Shown here: positions 10,510-21,104 of the stretch, one piece after another
How positions within the stretch are numbered: position 1 is the stretch's first letter
How the letters are laid out: every line of letters starts with the position of its first letter
Assembly (NCBI GenBank): GCA_963666285.1
Contig: OY762711.1
DNA from: Sedimentisphaerales bacterium
GTDB taxonomy: Bacteria; Planctomycetota; Phycisphaerae; Sedimentisphaerales; SM23-30
Strand: one strand, 5' to 3'
DNA length: 64,000 nucleotides
Program-made: the position numbers and the translations under genes
Notes under the pieces: generated by a model
What the model was told of the DNA's origin: nothing
Seen by the model: only the letters and a program-made list of their open reading frames with translations
The model's database searches: none

Positions 10510-11058
10510 TTCATGCCAATGGATTTTAGCAAATCCTGTCAAAAAAGCAAATAGTTAGCAAAAAACAATATAATACAATTACATATCATCAAAAGTCAAT
10601 TCTCCAGCAAAACATAAGAACACTCCTCAAAAATCAACTCGTATTACGGCACCAAACTTCTATTAATCTGACTCCCTGGATAAATATAAATGATACTCCA
10701 TTTGTAATAATAACCTGAACTCTGACATTAATTCATGTAAGCCAAACTACAAAACCCATAATTCATTGCTCTTTTAACTCTACTATCAACATGCCAAACA
10801 ATGGACACTGGCTACGAAAGACAATCCTAAACATAAATGACAAAATCCCTGAAATTACCTCGGTTATTACCCGGTTATTATTTCAAATCACCTCTGATAG
10901 ATACTATAAAATACTATGTTATACCCTGGCACACTATCGAATAAAATTAATTATGACACGTATTATATGGCTCGATAAACTCAATGACATAAGCGATAGA
11001 CTACTATCATATTTTCTTGCAGGAAGATCAACCATTGTTTTATAGAAGGAATGCTAAC

Positions 11059-11580
11059 ATGAAAACTCTCAACGAACCGGAAAATACGACATCTGAAAAT
11101 GTAAACCATACAGATGAAAAATATCTTACGTTTACTTTATCAAATGAAGAATTTGGACTTGAAATCCTTAAGGTTAAGGAAATTATTGGATGCATCGATA
11201 TCGTCCCGCTCCCTAAAACACCAAAACATATTAAAGGAGTAATCGACCTGAGACACAAGATCATTCCCGTAATTGATCTAAAAACAAAATTCGGCATGGG
11301 CGAAGTTAATAATACTGTACATACAAGTATTATTTTTGTGGAGACTGGACAAGGTGACGCAAAATACAGTACTGGTATTCTCGTTGACAAAGTTAACGAG
11401 GTAATTGATATTCAACAAGACGATATCGAAAATGTACCAGAACTTGGTGCCGGAATTGATACGGATTTTATCCTTGGCATAGGAAAGATAAATAATAGTT
11501 TTAAAATCATTTTAGATATCGACAAAATACTATTCACAGACCGACATGTTTGTGAAAAAAGTAATGTAGAATTATTGTAA
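11059..11580 (+). CDS. cheW: Chemotaxis coupling protein CheW
   Basis: KYLTFTL..EEFG, VKEIIG, KGVIDLR..IIPVIDL, GILVDKV; ATG 11059 preceded by AAGGA. Confidence 0.92.
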   Translation: MKTLNEPENTTSENVNHTDEKYLTFTLSNEEFGLEILKVKEIIGCIDIVPLPKTPKHIKGVIDLRHKIIPVIDLKTKFGMGEVNNTVHTSIIFVETGQGDAKYSTGILVDKVNEVIDIQQDDIENVPELGAGIDTDFILGIGKINNSFKIILDIDKILFTDRHVCEKSNVELL

Positions 11581-11635
11581 TTATTGTTCTGAAATTTAAT
11601 AATACAAATCAAATCAAAGTAAAAGGGTTAAGAAA

Positions 11636-13573
11636 ATGTTAAACAGATTTAAATTAAGTGTTAAGTTGTATGGTGGATTCATTTTTATATTGTTACTTAT
11701 GTGTACTATTGCACTATTAGGCTATTCAGGCCTCAAGGAAACCACCAAAGCTATTGGCGATATATGTTACCAGTTAGACATTGCAAAAGAAGTAAATACG
11801 GTACTAACTGACGCTCAGGACTCACAGACTAGCAACCTGAGATACGCTCTTTCCGGCGATTCCAAATTTATTCAATTACAAAATACAGAGATAGAAAATG
11901 TCAAACAACATACTACAGAAGCAAAGAAAATGATGTGTTCGGATGAAAATAAGGCTAAAGCTGACCACCTGTTAAATGAAATGAATAAATATTCTGACAG
12001 TTCAAAAAAATACTACAGCATCGCAGATGAAAAAATTGCTTCAGGCAAGATAAGAAACAGCGAAGCGGAAACATTGTCATATAACATTATCGAAGTTGTT
12101 GAAGCTGCTCAAAAATATGCTCTTGAAACTTCTAAAGATGGTACCCTCGACCAGGCTGCCGCCGAAAGAGCTTTCTTCGCTCAAAAATGCCTGGATTCCG
12201 CTAATAAAATCTTTCTCTACGCACAATATTATCAACTGGCTTCCAGCCCGGACCAACAGGACAAAATTGCCGGACAGTGGATGGAACATATCGAGACAAC
12301 ACAAGAAATGCTCGGCAAAGCAATGGAAATTATGAAACTGGAAACAACCAGGCAATGCATTAGCGAGGCTTTAGCATCATTAAAGAGTTACGAAGAACAG
12401 GTAATGGCTTTTAGAAAATTCAACCTCGCTCAGCGTGCAGAAGTTGAAACATTAGACTCTATCACAGACAACGTGATGGCTAACTCAAGAGAAATACGAG
12501 ACGGTGTATACTCCTTCATCACCGATCTTAGAGAAACTACTGACAAAGCATTTGCTTTTATCAACAGCCTGATTATCATAGTATCACTTTCGGCTATCGC
12601 TCTTGGTCTGGCTACTGCATTTGTACTGACTCGAAACATCGTGAAACCTATCAACAGGATTATTGCCAGCCTTACTGCTGGGTCTAATGAAGTAACATCT
12701 GCTTCTTCACAGGTATCAAGTACCGCACAATCTCTTGCTAAGGGAGCTTCCGAACAGGCCGCCGGACTGGAAGAATCGTCAGCCAGTCTCAATCAAATGA
12801 CTTCAATGACCAAAAACAGTGCCGACGATGCCCAGCAGGCTAAAATACTGTCAAGTGACGCGAGTAAATCTGCCGGTGATGGTATTCTTGCCATGGAAAA
12901 AATGAACACTGCCATACGTGACATACAAAAATCCAGCGATGAAACTGCTAAAATTATTAAAGTTATCGATGAAATTGCGTTCCAGACAAACCTGCTTGCA
13001 CTGAACGCCGCGGTAGAAGCTGCAAGAGCCGGAGAAGCCGGAAAAGGATTTGCGGTTGTTGCAGAAGAAGTACGCAACCTGGCTATGAGATCGGCAGAAG
13101 CTGCAAAGGACACATCCGTAATGATCGAAGAATCCGTTAAAAATGCTAATAACGGTGTCGAAATTGCCGGGGAAGTCGGTAATGCCCTTGACCAGATTGT
13201 TAACAGTATAGAAAAGACTACCACTCTCGTTGATAATATCGCTTTGGCCAGCCAGGAACAGTCACAAGGTATCGAACAGGTTAATATCGCGATATCACAG
13301 ATGGATACTGTCACGCAAAGCAATTCGGCAAGTGCAGAAGAAGCGGCAAGTGCAGCTGAAGAACTCAGTTCGCAGGCTTGCCAGTTAAATCTTATCGTTA
13401 AAGAGTTATCCGGCATAATTGATGGTAATAACAAGACCATTAATAACAGCAGCGATCTGTACGAATCTGACATCCCTTTCCATGAAATAGCATATGGTGC
13501 CAACAAAAATAAATATAATAAGGAAACTTCCTATCAGCAGGAGAGTAACTGCTTTGCAGACTTTAACAACTAA
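11636..13573 (+). CDS. Methyl-accepting chemotaxis protein
   Basis: Two TM helices flanking a helical sensor domain; [34 protein letters not shown] signature. Confidence 0.95.
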   Translation: MLNRFKLSVKLYGGFIFILLLMCTIALLGYSGLKETTKAIGDICYQLDIAKEVNTVLTDAQDSQTSNLRYALSGDSKFIQLQNTEIENVKQHTTEAKKMMCSDENKAKADHLLNEMNKYSDSSKKYYSIADEKIASGKIRNSEAETLSYNIIEVVEAAQKYALETSKDGTLDQAAAERAFFAQKCLDSANKIFLYAQYYQLASSPDQQDKIAGQWMEHIETTQEMLGKAMEIMKLETTRQCISEALASLKSYEEQVMAFRKFNLAQRAEVETLDSITDNVMANSREIRDGVYSFITDLRETTDKAFAFINSLIIIVSLSAIALGLATAFVLTRNIVKPINRIIASLTAGSNEVTSASSQVSSTAQSLAKGASEQAAGLEESSASLNQMTSMTKNSADDAQQAKILSSDASKSAGDGILAMEKMNTAIRDIQKSSDETAKIIKVIDEIAFQTNLLALNAAVEAARAGEAGKGFAVVAEEVRNLAMRSAEAAKDTSVMIEESVKNANNGVEIAGEVGNALDQIVNSIEKTTTLVDNIALASQEQSQGIEQVNIAISQMDTVTQSNSASAEEAASAAEELSSQACQLNLIVKELSGIIDGNNKTINNSSDLYESDIPFHEIAYGANKNKYNKETSYQQESNCFADFNN

Positions 13574-13599
13574 TTCACCCCTATAATTATTTTTTCGAT

Positions 13600-13641
13600 G
13601 GAGCCTACGATAGTACCTACAAACTATCTAGGCTTCTTTTT
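13600..13641 (+). terminator. Probable intrinsic terminator after the MCP gene
   Basis: AGCCTA-CGATAGT...ACTATC-TAGGCT stem followed by TCTTTTT. Confidence 0.55.
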
Positions 13642-13951
13642 ATCATAATATTTACCAAAATCCGCTCGCAGATTTACACTCGTGTTGCACTCGGATTGCA
13701 AGTAACTGATGCACGCCTCGAATATACAAAAATGACTTAGCTAAAATACTGTCAACTAAACCAATTTGTACTGTTTCATAGAAACTAATAATTACTTGAA
13801 ATGAATTTATATTTTTTTTAATATTAGCAGTCGTTAGGTGACAGAAATTAATTACCAGTATATTAAATGTATGATGCCTCTATTGATAGCCGTCTATCTG
13901 ACATTATTTTTTTGGCTTATCACCTGGCACATAAAACTACATATATTAAAA

Positions 13952-14128
13952 ATTAACTTTCGCAGTTTTTATGTTGTTAAAATCGCCTAAATGGGCTTCC
14001 TTGTAACACTCTGAATTAAATATACTTCCGGGAATTAGCTTGGAAATACAATTAAATGTAAGGTTTTCACAAGGTCCTGTTCCGGACTTTGCGTGCAATT
14101 TTGATCAGTCAAAAGTGCGATATCGCAC
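13952..14128. mobile_element. MITE-like family A, copy 7 (alternative interior)
   Basis: Perfect 6-bp flanking repeat ttaaaa (13946-13951 / 14129-14134). Confidence 0.8.
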
Positions 14129-14380
14129 TTAAAAGACATTCAAAATATTATATAAAACATAACCTGCAGGCCAAAATCATTTACTGTTATATGAGTTTCA
14201 TTGCCCGCAGCTCTAAATATAATTTCTGAGGAAACACAATCAAATTCTATACCTGTAATTGAAATTATAATACAAGCAAAGATTTTTACAGACACATGCC
14301 TGTAAACTGAAAACATTACTAATAACATTGACTCAAAAAAATTATGTCTATTTTAACGTTCACTGCCAGAGAGGATAATT

Positions 14381-15019
14381 TTGAAGATGGGAAACGAATG
14401 TGTTGTTTGTATAGTTGATGATGATGAACATATTTGCAACATCCTGGAATTACTCCTCGAAAGCGTTGGAAAAAAGGTTAAAACTTTTACTTCACCTCTG
14501 GATTTCCTCGATTTCTGTAGTTCAAACTGCATCGGATGCGCTGTTATTGATATTCGTATGCCGGAAATCAGCGGACTGCAACTTTTACAGAAGCTTACTG
14601 ATGGCAAATACAGCTTCCCGGTGATTATGATTTCCGGACACGCTGATGTAAGTTGCGCTACAAATGCATTCAAAAATGGTGCGGTCGATTTTTTTGAAAA
14701 GCCTTTCAGTAACCAATTGATTCTTGATAGCATTGACGCTGCACTAAAATTGCAGCAGAAAAAAAATATACAAACCAGGGAGCTACTCGATATAAATAAC
14801 AGGATCAACTCCTTAACTAAAAGAGAATTTCAGATTATGGAACTTATACTCGAATCCAAATCTAACCGGCTAATTGCACAATCATTAAATATCAGCAGCA
14901 AAACTGTAGATTTTCACCGCACTAATATTTTGGAAAAACTTGGTGTTAACTCCTCAATACAATTAACAAAAGTTGTCACAAAAGCTAAATATCTCGGCAA
15001 CTCAACCATTTACCAATAA
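14381..15019 (+). CDS. FixJ/LuxR-family response regulator
   Basis: VDDD, DIRMP, SGH and KPF receiver motifs; LTKRE...ISSKTVDFHR HTH; start could be ATG 14387. Confidence 0.9.
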   Translation: MKMGNECVVCIVDDDEHICNILELLLESVGKKVKTFTSPLDFLDFCSSNCIGCAVIDIRMPEISGLQLLQKLTDGKYSFPVIMISGHADVSCATNAFKNGAVDFFEKPFSNQLILDSIDAALKLQQKKNIQTRELLDINNRINSLTKREFQIMELILESKSNRLIAQSLNISSKTVDFHRTNILEKLGVNSSIQLTKVVTKAKYLGNSTIYQ

Positions 15020-15218
15020 CACCTTTATAAAAAACAGTTAATTGACATTAATTTTACAGCTTTCATCTAAGGTTATAATTAATTTGCATGAATTTCCGTT
15101 TTACACCTGAGTTTTACAGTAAAAAAATTACAACCACTTAAAGGTGTCGCAAATTTTATTTTCAATTGAAATTGCCTGACAATATAAGCAAATCAGAAAA
15201 TATATTCAGCAATAATGT

Positions 15219-16472
15219 TTAAAATGCTATCTGCGATCTAAGTGCTATTACGGTTGCATCAGAAGCTTCACTATCTCCTGCCGGATCTGCTATATACTGG
15301 ATCGCCGGGGTCACTTGCGCCCAGGGACATACAGTTATATTATAATATAGTTCGTATAAGGTCTCTTCTCCTTCCGGAAAAACATCATTGCCGGTCCCAT
15401 CTTCAACCGTATAATATCTGCTTAGGTTCCCCTGTGCCATACCTAAACCAAATGTATCATGATCCCTGCCTGGCACCAGCCCATGATATTGCAGACCAAT
15501 TGAGAAAAAGTTTTCAACCTCATTATATTCTTCCCCTGTTATGCCGTAACGAAAAAATGCGCCCAAACCCTGCTCTTTCTCTTCTTCTGTAATTAATGCC
15601 TGGTCAAAACTCAAATAATACCCGGTATTGCCGTTATGGGCCCTGCCGTTTTTTAAACTTGCTGCATCAGAAGTATCATGCCAGATACCAAATCGATACG
15701 ATCCGCCCAGACCATAAATCTCCGGATGATATCCTGCTTCAAAAACATAGACATAATAATCATCGCCGTCGAATGCCGTATCAAATCCTGTCTCACCCAT
15801 ATCTCCCTCGGCATCAGCAAATGATGCAGAAAATGATAATGTCTCACTCGGATTATAAAATAACTGGATTGCTAAACCATAATCTATCGGAATCTGGGGG
15901 TTGTTCACCAGGGCACTTGACAAAAACTGAATAGTTTCGTCATTTGCATATGCATTTGTATCAAAAGCTGCCGAGGTGTCCATCTTGCCAACCAGCAAAG
16001 TAAAACTCTCGCCAAAACCCTGGATCCAAAAGGCTTCGGAAAGCTCTATCGTATAATCTCCGCCCGCATCTCCATTAACCCCATAATAATCTCCGACCGA
16101 TTCGCCGCTTATTCCCTCGGCTTCCGGGCCGGAACCCTCGGCATGAATGGCAAAACCGGCCCCAGCAATGCCGATCATTTTTTCAAAATCCATCTCTACG
16201 CCAAGGTCATAACTCATGCTATACCTGCCGCTGTCATCCGAGGTACGCAGCCCGCCGTTTACATTCACCTGGTATATCTGGGTCAAATCACAAGAAAAAA
16301 CAATAGCTTCTTCATGTTTTATTCCGTACGGCCCAAACAAACAATGCCCGGCAAAATCACCAAACTCCTGGACTGCGCCACCTGTTAGAGAATGACGGTG
16401 AAATAAATCACTTTGTCCGATAACACTACTGGATAAAATCCCTAAAACTAATAACAGCTTTTTAATGGCCAT
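15219..16472 (-). CDS. OprB-like carbohydrate-selective porin (start corrected to ATG at 16472)
   Basis: Signal peptide MAIKKLLLVLG; GKMD...FDTNAYANDE, ELYYN, QVTPAIQY; C-terminal Phe; the upstream extension is repeat DNA. Confidence 0.85.
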   Translation of the reverse strand: MAIKKLLLVLGILSSSVIGQSDLFHRHSLTGGAVQEFGDFAGHCLFGPYGIKHEEAIVFSCDLTQIYQVNVNGGLRTSDDSGRYSMSYDLGVEMDFEKMIGIAGAGFAIHAEGSGPEAEGISGESVGDYYGVNGDAGGDYTIELSEAFWIQGFGESFTLLVGKMDTSAAFDTNAYANDETIQFLSSALVNNPQIPIDYGLAIQLFYNPSETLSFSASFADAEGDMGETGFDTAFDGDDYYVYVFEAGYHPEIYGLGGSYRFGIWHDTSDAASLKNGRAHNGNTGYYLSFDQALITEEEKEQGLGAFFRYGITGEEYNEVENFFSIGLQYHGLVPGRDHDTFGLGMAQGNLSRYYTVEDGTGNDVFPEGEETLYELYYNITVCPWAQVTPAIQYIADPAGDSEASDATVIALRSQIAF

Positions 16473-16511
16473 ATTTCCTGCTAACCTTTCTATATAACAA
16501 TACAATCTTAA

Positions 16512-16672
16512 GGTGAACTCTGGAAATTGCTTTTGATGCGATAGTTTAAATTTCTGGTTGCTGACAAGGAACATAAAATCGTGCATATTGGGCTATATTC
16601 ACTGTTTTATGTGATGCATGCCGGCAGGCAAAAGAAAAACTTGCCGCTCAAAATAAGTTTTCAGAGGTTGCC
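16512..16672. mobile_element. MITE-like family C, copy 1 (161 bp)
   Basis: Imperfect TIR GGTGAACTCTGGAAA / TTTTCAGAGGTTGCC; flanks ttaa / ctaa; internal foldback. Confidence 0.7.
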
Positions 16673-16787
16673 CTAATCTTAACAAGAGTATAACTGCATT
16701 CTTTTATAATGATTTAAGGCAAGTACCAAATTATTAGTCAAGCCTAAAAATCTCTTATCACCAAATATAACAACTGCTAATATTATA

Positions 16788-16948
16788 AGTGACCTCTGGA
16801 AATTGCTTTTGATGCGATAGTTTAAGATTTTGGTTGCTGACAAGGAATATAAAATCGTGCATATTGGGCTATATTCACTGTTTTATATGACGCATGTCAG
16901 CAGGCAAAAGAATAACTAGTCGCTCAAAATGAATTTTCAGAGGTTGCC
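16788..16948. mobile_element. MITE-like family C, copy 2 (161 bp)
   Basis: Direct repeat of 16512-16672; flanks tata / tata. Confidence 0.7.
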
Positions 16949-17068
16949 TATAGTCATACTTCCTAAACAGTCCCAACCTGAACGTCTTATAACTATAAAA
17001 TGCCGACACCCATGTTTCATATAGTTTATCGCTAAATAAGCCATATAGTTTAATTAAATTCAAATGCA

Positions 17069-17172
17069 TATCCATAACAATTGAAAATGCCCGTTCAAGC
17101 CTGGCATAAACGAATACATCAATATTACTTACCTTACGAGCGATCCGACAAAAACATACACTCCTATGTATA
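17069..17172. repeat. Dispersed repeat family D, copy 2
   Basis: AATTGAAAAT(A/G)CCCGTTC..GCC.GGCATAAA...TATTACTTACCTT.CGAGCGATC shared with 5201-5301. Confidence 0.6.
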
Positions 17173-17491
17173 TACCTTGATACCGGTTATGTAACCTTAT
17201 CTTTACCCGTTATGGGACTGTCACTGCCATTTTAAAAATTTTTCTCATTTTTTCTTAAACTCTCTTTTCTGGCATAACTAGCTTTCATAAAAAGTCTTAT
17301 AACCAAACATGTCACAATTCCAACTGCCTGGCCCTTTCTCACCTAAGCTTCTATCATTAAAAACTTTACATCTAAAATATCTGTTATAACCTATCCCAGC
17401 CTACTTACTAATACACTCGCTCTAATCGTTTTTGCTCTTGCTTGTAATACAAAAATAAAATTCGCCCTAACCGTCACAAAGTGAATTATCC

Positions 17492-17519
17492 TAATGTTCA
17501 GTTTGGTCGGCGTCGATAA
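17492..17519 (+). promoter_or_regulatory. Possible sigma-28-type promoter upstream of wza
   Basis: TAAT-N16-GTCGATAA versus consensus TAAA-N15/16-GCCGATAA. Confidence 0.35.
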
Positions 17520-17567
17520 GCGAGCATGAAAGACGAGTAAACCTAGATAATATAGGAAAGCTAAGTA

Positions 17568-18836
17568 ATGACAAAGGTGTTCAAAATGAATAATAAGAGA
17601 ACAGCACAAACTATTATTACTATAATGGCTGCAGTATATATTTTACTGTTGTGTGGCTGCGGCAATAAGTCCGCTCAGACAAGGCAGTATAAAATTGCTG
17701 CTCCACCTTCATCCATTGACAGAAATAATAATGGTAGATATATGCCTGCTAATAATAACGGGTATCAATTTGCTGCTTATACTGCCGATCAACAGAGCCA
17801 ACAAAAGGTTGTTAACGACCCTTCTGTTTATGGGACCTTGCTGCACGAGCAGCCAACTAATGAAATAGTCTCACGTGAATATCATGTTGGTTCAGGTGAC
17901 GTGCTGCTTATTAAAATTGACCAACTAATTGAGCCGGAAAAAGAATCTGTGCTCAAAGTTGAAATTGATCGTAATGGATTGATTTACCTGCCTATCCTTA
18001 ATCATGTCAGCGTCGGTGGTATGACTATTGACGAAATACACAAAACCTTGCTGACTACCTTGGCAACTCATTATATAAAGAATCCTAGAGTAGATATTTC
18101 AGTTGATGCGTATAACAGCAAAAAGGTGCTCGTTCTGGGCGAAGTCAAAAGACCGGGCTCTGTATCGTTAAAACACGACTCCGTTCCTGTTCTGGAAGCT
18201 ATAAATGAAGCCGGTGGCTTAACTTCCAACGTATCACCTTATGTCGAAATTATGCGCGGTGCCTACCAGGCCTTCAGTAATCTTGGCTCCTCTGGGTCCA
18301 GATCGCTGTATAACAACCAAAACAGTACTCAATATCAGCGAGAACTTATTCCTCTGGCCAGGTTGCTCGGTGAAGGCAATCGCGACCAGATCAATCCGCT
18401 GGTGTTCCCTGGCGATGTTATCCGCATACTTCCGATAACTGAAGGGTTTATCTATTTCTCCGGAGAATTTAACCGTACCGGTTCCAAGCCTTATCGCAGA
18501 CCTCTGACACTCATTCAAGCGTTATCGGTCGCTGGCGGTCCTACTAATATTTCTGCTCCTGAAAAATGCAAAATTTTACGCAGAAATAGTGACGGAACTG
18601 AAAGAGAAATCAACATAAATGTCGATAAAGTATTAAGCGGTGAAAATGAGAATATCATGCTGGCTTGTAATGATACTCTGATTATGCCGCACGATCCATG
18701 GAAAAAGTTCTGGAATGGCGTCTTTGGTCTGATTTCCGGTGGCGTAAGAGTGGGTGTTGACACTACCTACGATGCTGCTGAAGACATGGGATGGCCTGGA
18801 TCTGAAAGATATCAATACGAACAAGTTAGAGATTAA
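17568..18836 (+). CDS. wza: Polysaccharide export lipoprotein (Wza-like, SLBB domains)
   Basis: Lipobox LLCGC; EYHVGSGDVL, GLIYLP, GEVKRPG, AGG motifs. Confidence 0.85.
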   Translation: MTKVFKMNNKRTAQTIITIMAAVYILLLCGCGNKSAQTRQYKIAAPPSSIDRNNNGRYMPANNNGYQFAAYTADQQSQQKVVNDPSVYGTLLHEQPTNEIVSREYHVGSGDVLLIKIDQLIEPEKESVLKVEIDRNGLIYLPILNHVSVGGMTIDEIHKTLLTTLATHYIKNPRVDISVDAYNSKKVLVLGEVKRPGSVSLKHDSVPVLEAINEAGGLTSNVSPYVEIMRGAYQAFSNLGSSGSRSLYNNQNSTQYQRELIPLARLLGEGNRDQINPLVFPGDVIRILPITEGFIYFSGEFNRTGSKPYRRPLTLIQALSVAGGPTNISAPEKCKILRRNSDGTEREININVDKVLSGENENIMLACNDTLIMPHDPWKKFWNGVFGLISGGVRVGVDTTYDAAEDMGWPGSERYQYEQVRD

Positions 18837-18897
18837 AACTTAAACTAAACCCCAAAAAGAAGTAGCTAAATTTCTCAGTTGAGATCGAGGTTTTAAG

Positions 18898-21021
18898 ATG
18901 AGTTACAATAATAATAGTCATATGGAATTTAATCCGCTCGAAGCGATCAGGCGAAGAAAGTGGCAGCTGGCCGGGTGTCTGCTCCTGATTTGTGCCCTGT
19001 CAGCCGCAACTGTTACGGTATTTGCTCCCAAATACCAGTCTGTTGCCCAGGTAAAAGTTATTGACGAGAAACCCTCTCAAAATACTTATGCCGGAATATT
19101 CGGCGGCGGCAGCAGTAACTTCAACTCTCACTATGAACTGTTGAAGTCTGACCGGGTCTATGAAATGGCACTGGCAAGATTAAATTCCGACCCTACTATT
19201 ACCAGCCCTGTCAATATGAAAGACCTGCGGCAGAATAGCAAGCTCTATGGCGATCACCAGTCAAATATCATAAAGATAACCGGTGTCTCCGATAAAGCAG
19301 CAGCTTCTTCTGCTATTGCAAATGTTCTGGCTAGCTCTTTTGTTGAAACTTCAACTATTATTAAAAAAGCTCAGGATAACGAGGTGCTCAACCAGTTAAC
19401 CGATCAGCTGCTTATGATGGAAGAAAAAGTATCTGCTAAGGAAAGTGAACTTGAAAAGTTCTGCCAGGCTAATATGATTATTGGAGAACTTACTTCTTAC
19501 GAATCTGCCAGGGCTGTTCTGAAAAACCTGGAGACTAAACTGCAAAAGTGTGACAGCGAAAAAGTTGATATCCAAAGTGAACTGGCGGTATTGCAGAAAA
19601 TTACTATTGACGATCTTCAGGATCCGCAAGCTATTCCGCTTGACGCTGTTCGCAATGACGCTACTCTGAAAAAACATATTTCTGATATAAACCTGTTATC
19701 TTTGAAAGAAAGAGAATATTCTCAAATTTATCTGCCTGACCATCGTGAACTGCAAAGAATTCGTCAGAAAATCACTCTCGCTCAGGATAATATGGTAAGA
19801 TATGCCCAGACTTTGCTTATCTCTCTACAGAAGAAAAATGTCGAGAAACTGGCAGCTTTGGAAAAAGAAAAAGTTCAGATAAATACTGAAATCGAAAATA
19901 ACACGGAAAGAGCTCTGTCTGACAGCCAGCTTTATGCTAAACATAATAAACTCAAGGAAGAACTTCAGGAAGTAACAAAACTAAGAAATAAGATACACAC
20001 ACAAATGCAGGATTTCAAACTTAATCGCGAGCTCAGCTGCGACCCGGTAGTTGTTGTAAATTCTGCTCGCATACCAGAAGAAACTGCCGGCTTACCTGCT
20101 AGAAAACGGGCCGGTATGGTGCTGGTTCTGGGTGTTTTGTTCAGCCTGGTTTTGATACTGGCTTTGGAAAAGATGAGTATAAATGATAAAATGGCTAATC
20201 AATACCCTTTCCCCATGCCTTATTATCAATACCAGCAGCCTGCACCTGCATACAACCAGGGGTTCCAGACTACTTTGGCTGCTCAGCAGCAGGCTGAACC
20301 GGCAACAAATCATCGAACTGAAATTCTAGCTAAAATTAGTGCCGTCAACCTTGAAGAAAATCAGGGGAATGTCAGCGATACAATGATGTATAAACTGGTT
20401 CATACTTACCCTAATAGCCAACTGGCCGGTCAGTTTAGAAATGTCAGTACCAGCCTGTTATCCAGGTTCGGCAAAACCAGGCAAAGTATTGTTATTACCG
20501 GAAACGAAAATAAATGCGGTAAAACTATTCTTACATGCAACCTGGCACTGCTGCTGGCTCAGACCGGACGTTCTGTTCTTATTGTCAGCACAAACCAGGA
20601 TAACGATAAACTGTCAAAGGTCTTTGACACCGGCAGAACTCTTTATGCCGACCTGATGTTAACTAACCAGTATAACATTGATGAATTCATACGGAATAAT
20701 GACAGCGATGGTGTGGCAACCTTGAAACTTGACCTCGCTAACCGTCCTGATACAACAGAACTGGCACAAAGCCTCGCGGCCTTAAATGGAAAACTTCAGT
20801 CTAAATTCGACTGGGTTATTTACGATACTACAGCAATAGGATACTTTGACACCGACAATATTCTTCAAGTTATTGGCAAGGCGGTCTTTGTCAGCCGCAG
20901 CACTTGCACCGGTGATATCATTATGACCACCGAACAAATTGAACAACGGGGAGCCGTTAGTCTTGGTTGTGTAGAAATGCCTGTCAATCATTCTGCAAAT
21001 ATAAACTATCAGCCGGTGTAA
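18898..21021 (+). CDS. Polysaccharide co-polymerase (Wzc/GumC-like) with degenerate BY-kinase domain
   Basis: Two TMs flanking a coiled-coil; P-loop GNENKCGKT; NLALLLAQTG; follows wza. Confidence 0.8.
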   Translation: MSYNNNSHMEFNPLEAIRRRKWQLAGCLLLICALSAATVTVFAPKYQSVAQVKVIDEKPSQNTYAGIFGGGSSNFNSHYELLKSDRVYEMALARLNSDPTITSPVNMKDLRQNSKLYGDHQSNIIKITGVSDKAAASSAIANVLASSFVETSTIIKKAQDNEVLNQLTDQLLMMEEKVSAKESELEKFCQANMIIGELTSYESARAVLKNLETKLQKCDSEKVDIQSELAVLQKITIDDLQDPQAIPLDAVRNDATLKKHISDINLLSLKEREYSQIYLPDHRELQRIRQKITLAQDNMVRYAQTLLISLQKKNVEKLAALEKEKVQINTEIENNTERALSDSQLYAKHNKLKEELQEVTKLRNKIHTQMQDFKLNRELSCDPVVVVNSARIPEETAGLPARKRAGMVLVLGVLFSLVLILALEKMSINDKMANQYPFPMPYYQYQQPAPAYNQGFQTTLAAQQQAEPATNHRTEILAKISAVNLEENQGNVSDTMMYKLVHTYPNSQLAGQFRNVSTSLLSRFGKTRQSIVITGNENKCGKTILTCNLALLLAQTGRSVLIVSTNQDNDKLSKVFDTGRTLYADLMLTNQYNIDEFIRNNDSDGVATLKLDLANRPDTTELAQSLAALNGKLQSKFDWVIYDTTAIGYFDTDNILQVIGKAVFVSRSTCTGDIIMTTEQIEQRGAVSLGCVEMPVNHSANINYQPV

Positions 21022-21104
21022 TGCGATTTTAAGATATTCAGTCCATACAGGGCTGAAAGTAACTAGCTATCTTGATAATATTGGTTATTGGTGGTACTAA
21101 AAAA

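Noticed and set aside
10791..11045. 84-aa ORF upstream of cheW, and the 14140-14328 ORF
   Set aside because: AT-rich, no clear SD or family motif; probably chance ORFs
2177..14128. Family A repeats between genes read as integron attC sites or a CRISPR array
   Set aside because: No integrase or cas genes, no consistent RYYYAAC/GTTRRRY cores, units far longer than CRISPR repeats; copy-specific TSDs point to transposition
16473..16586. N-terminal extension of the porin ORF
   Set aside because: Runs into family C copy 1; the signal peptide and SD fit ATG 16472
16512..16948. Tandem riboswitch of a known class upstream of the porin
   Set aside because: No recognisable cobalamin, TPP, glycine or c-di-GMP aptamer motifs; TIRs and TSD-like flanks fit MITEs better
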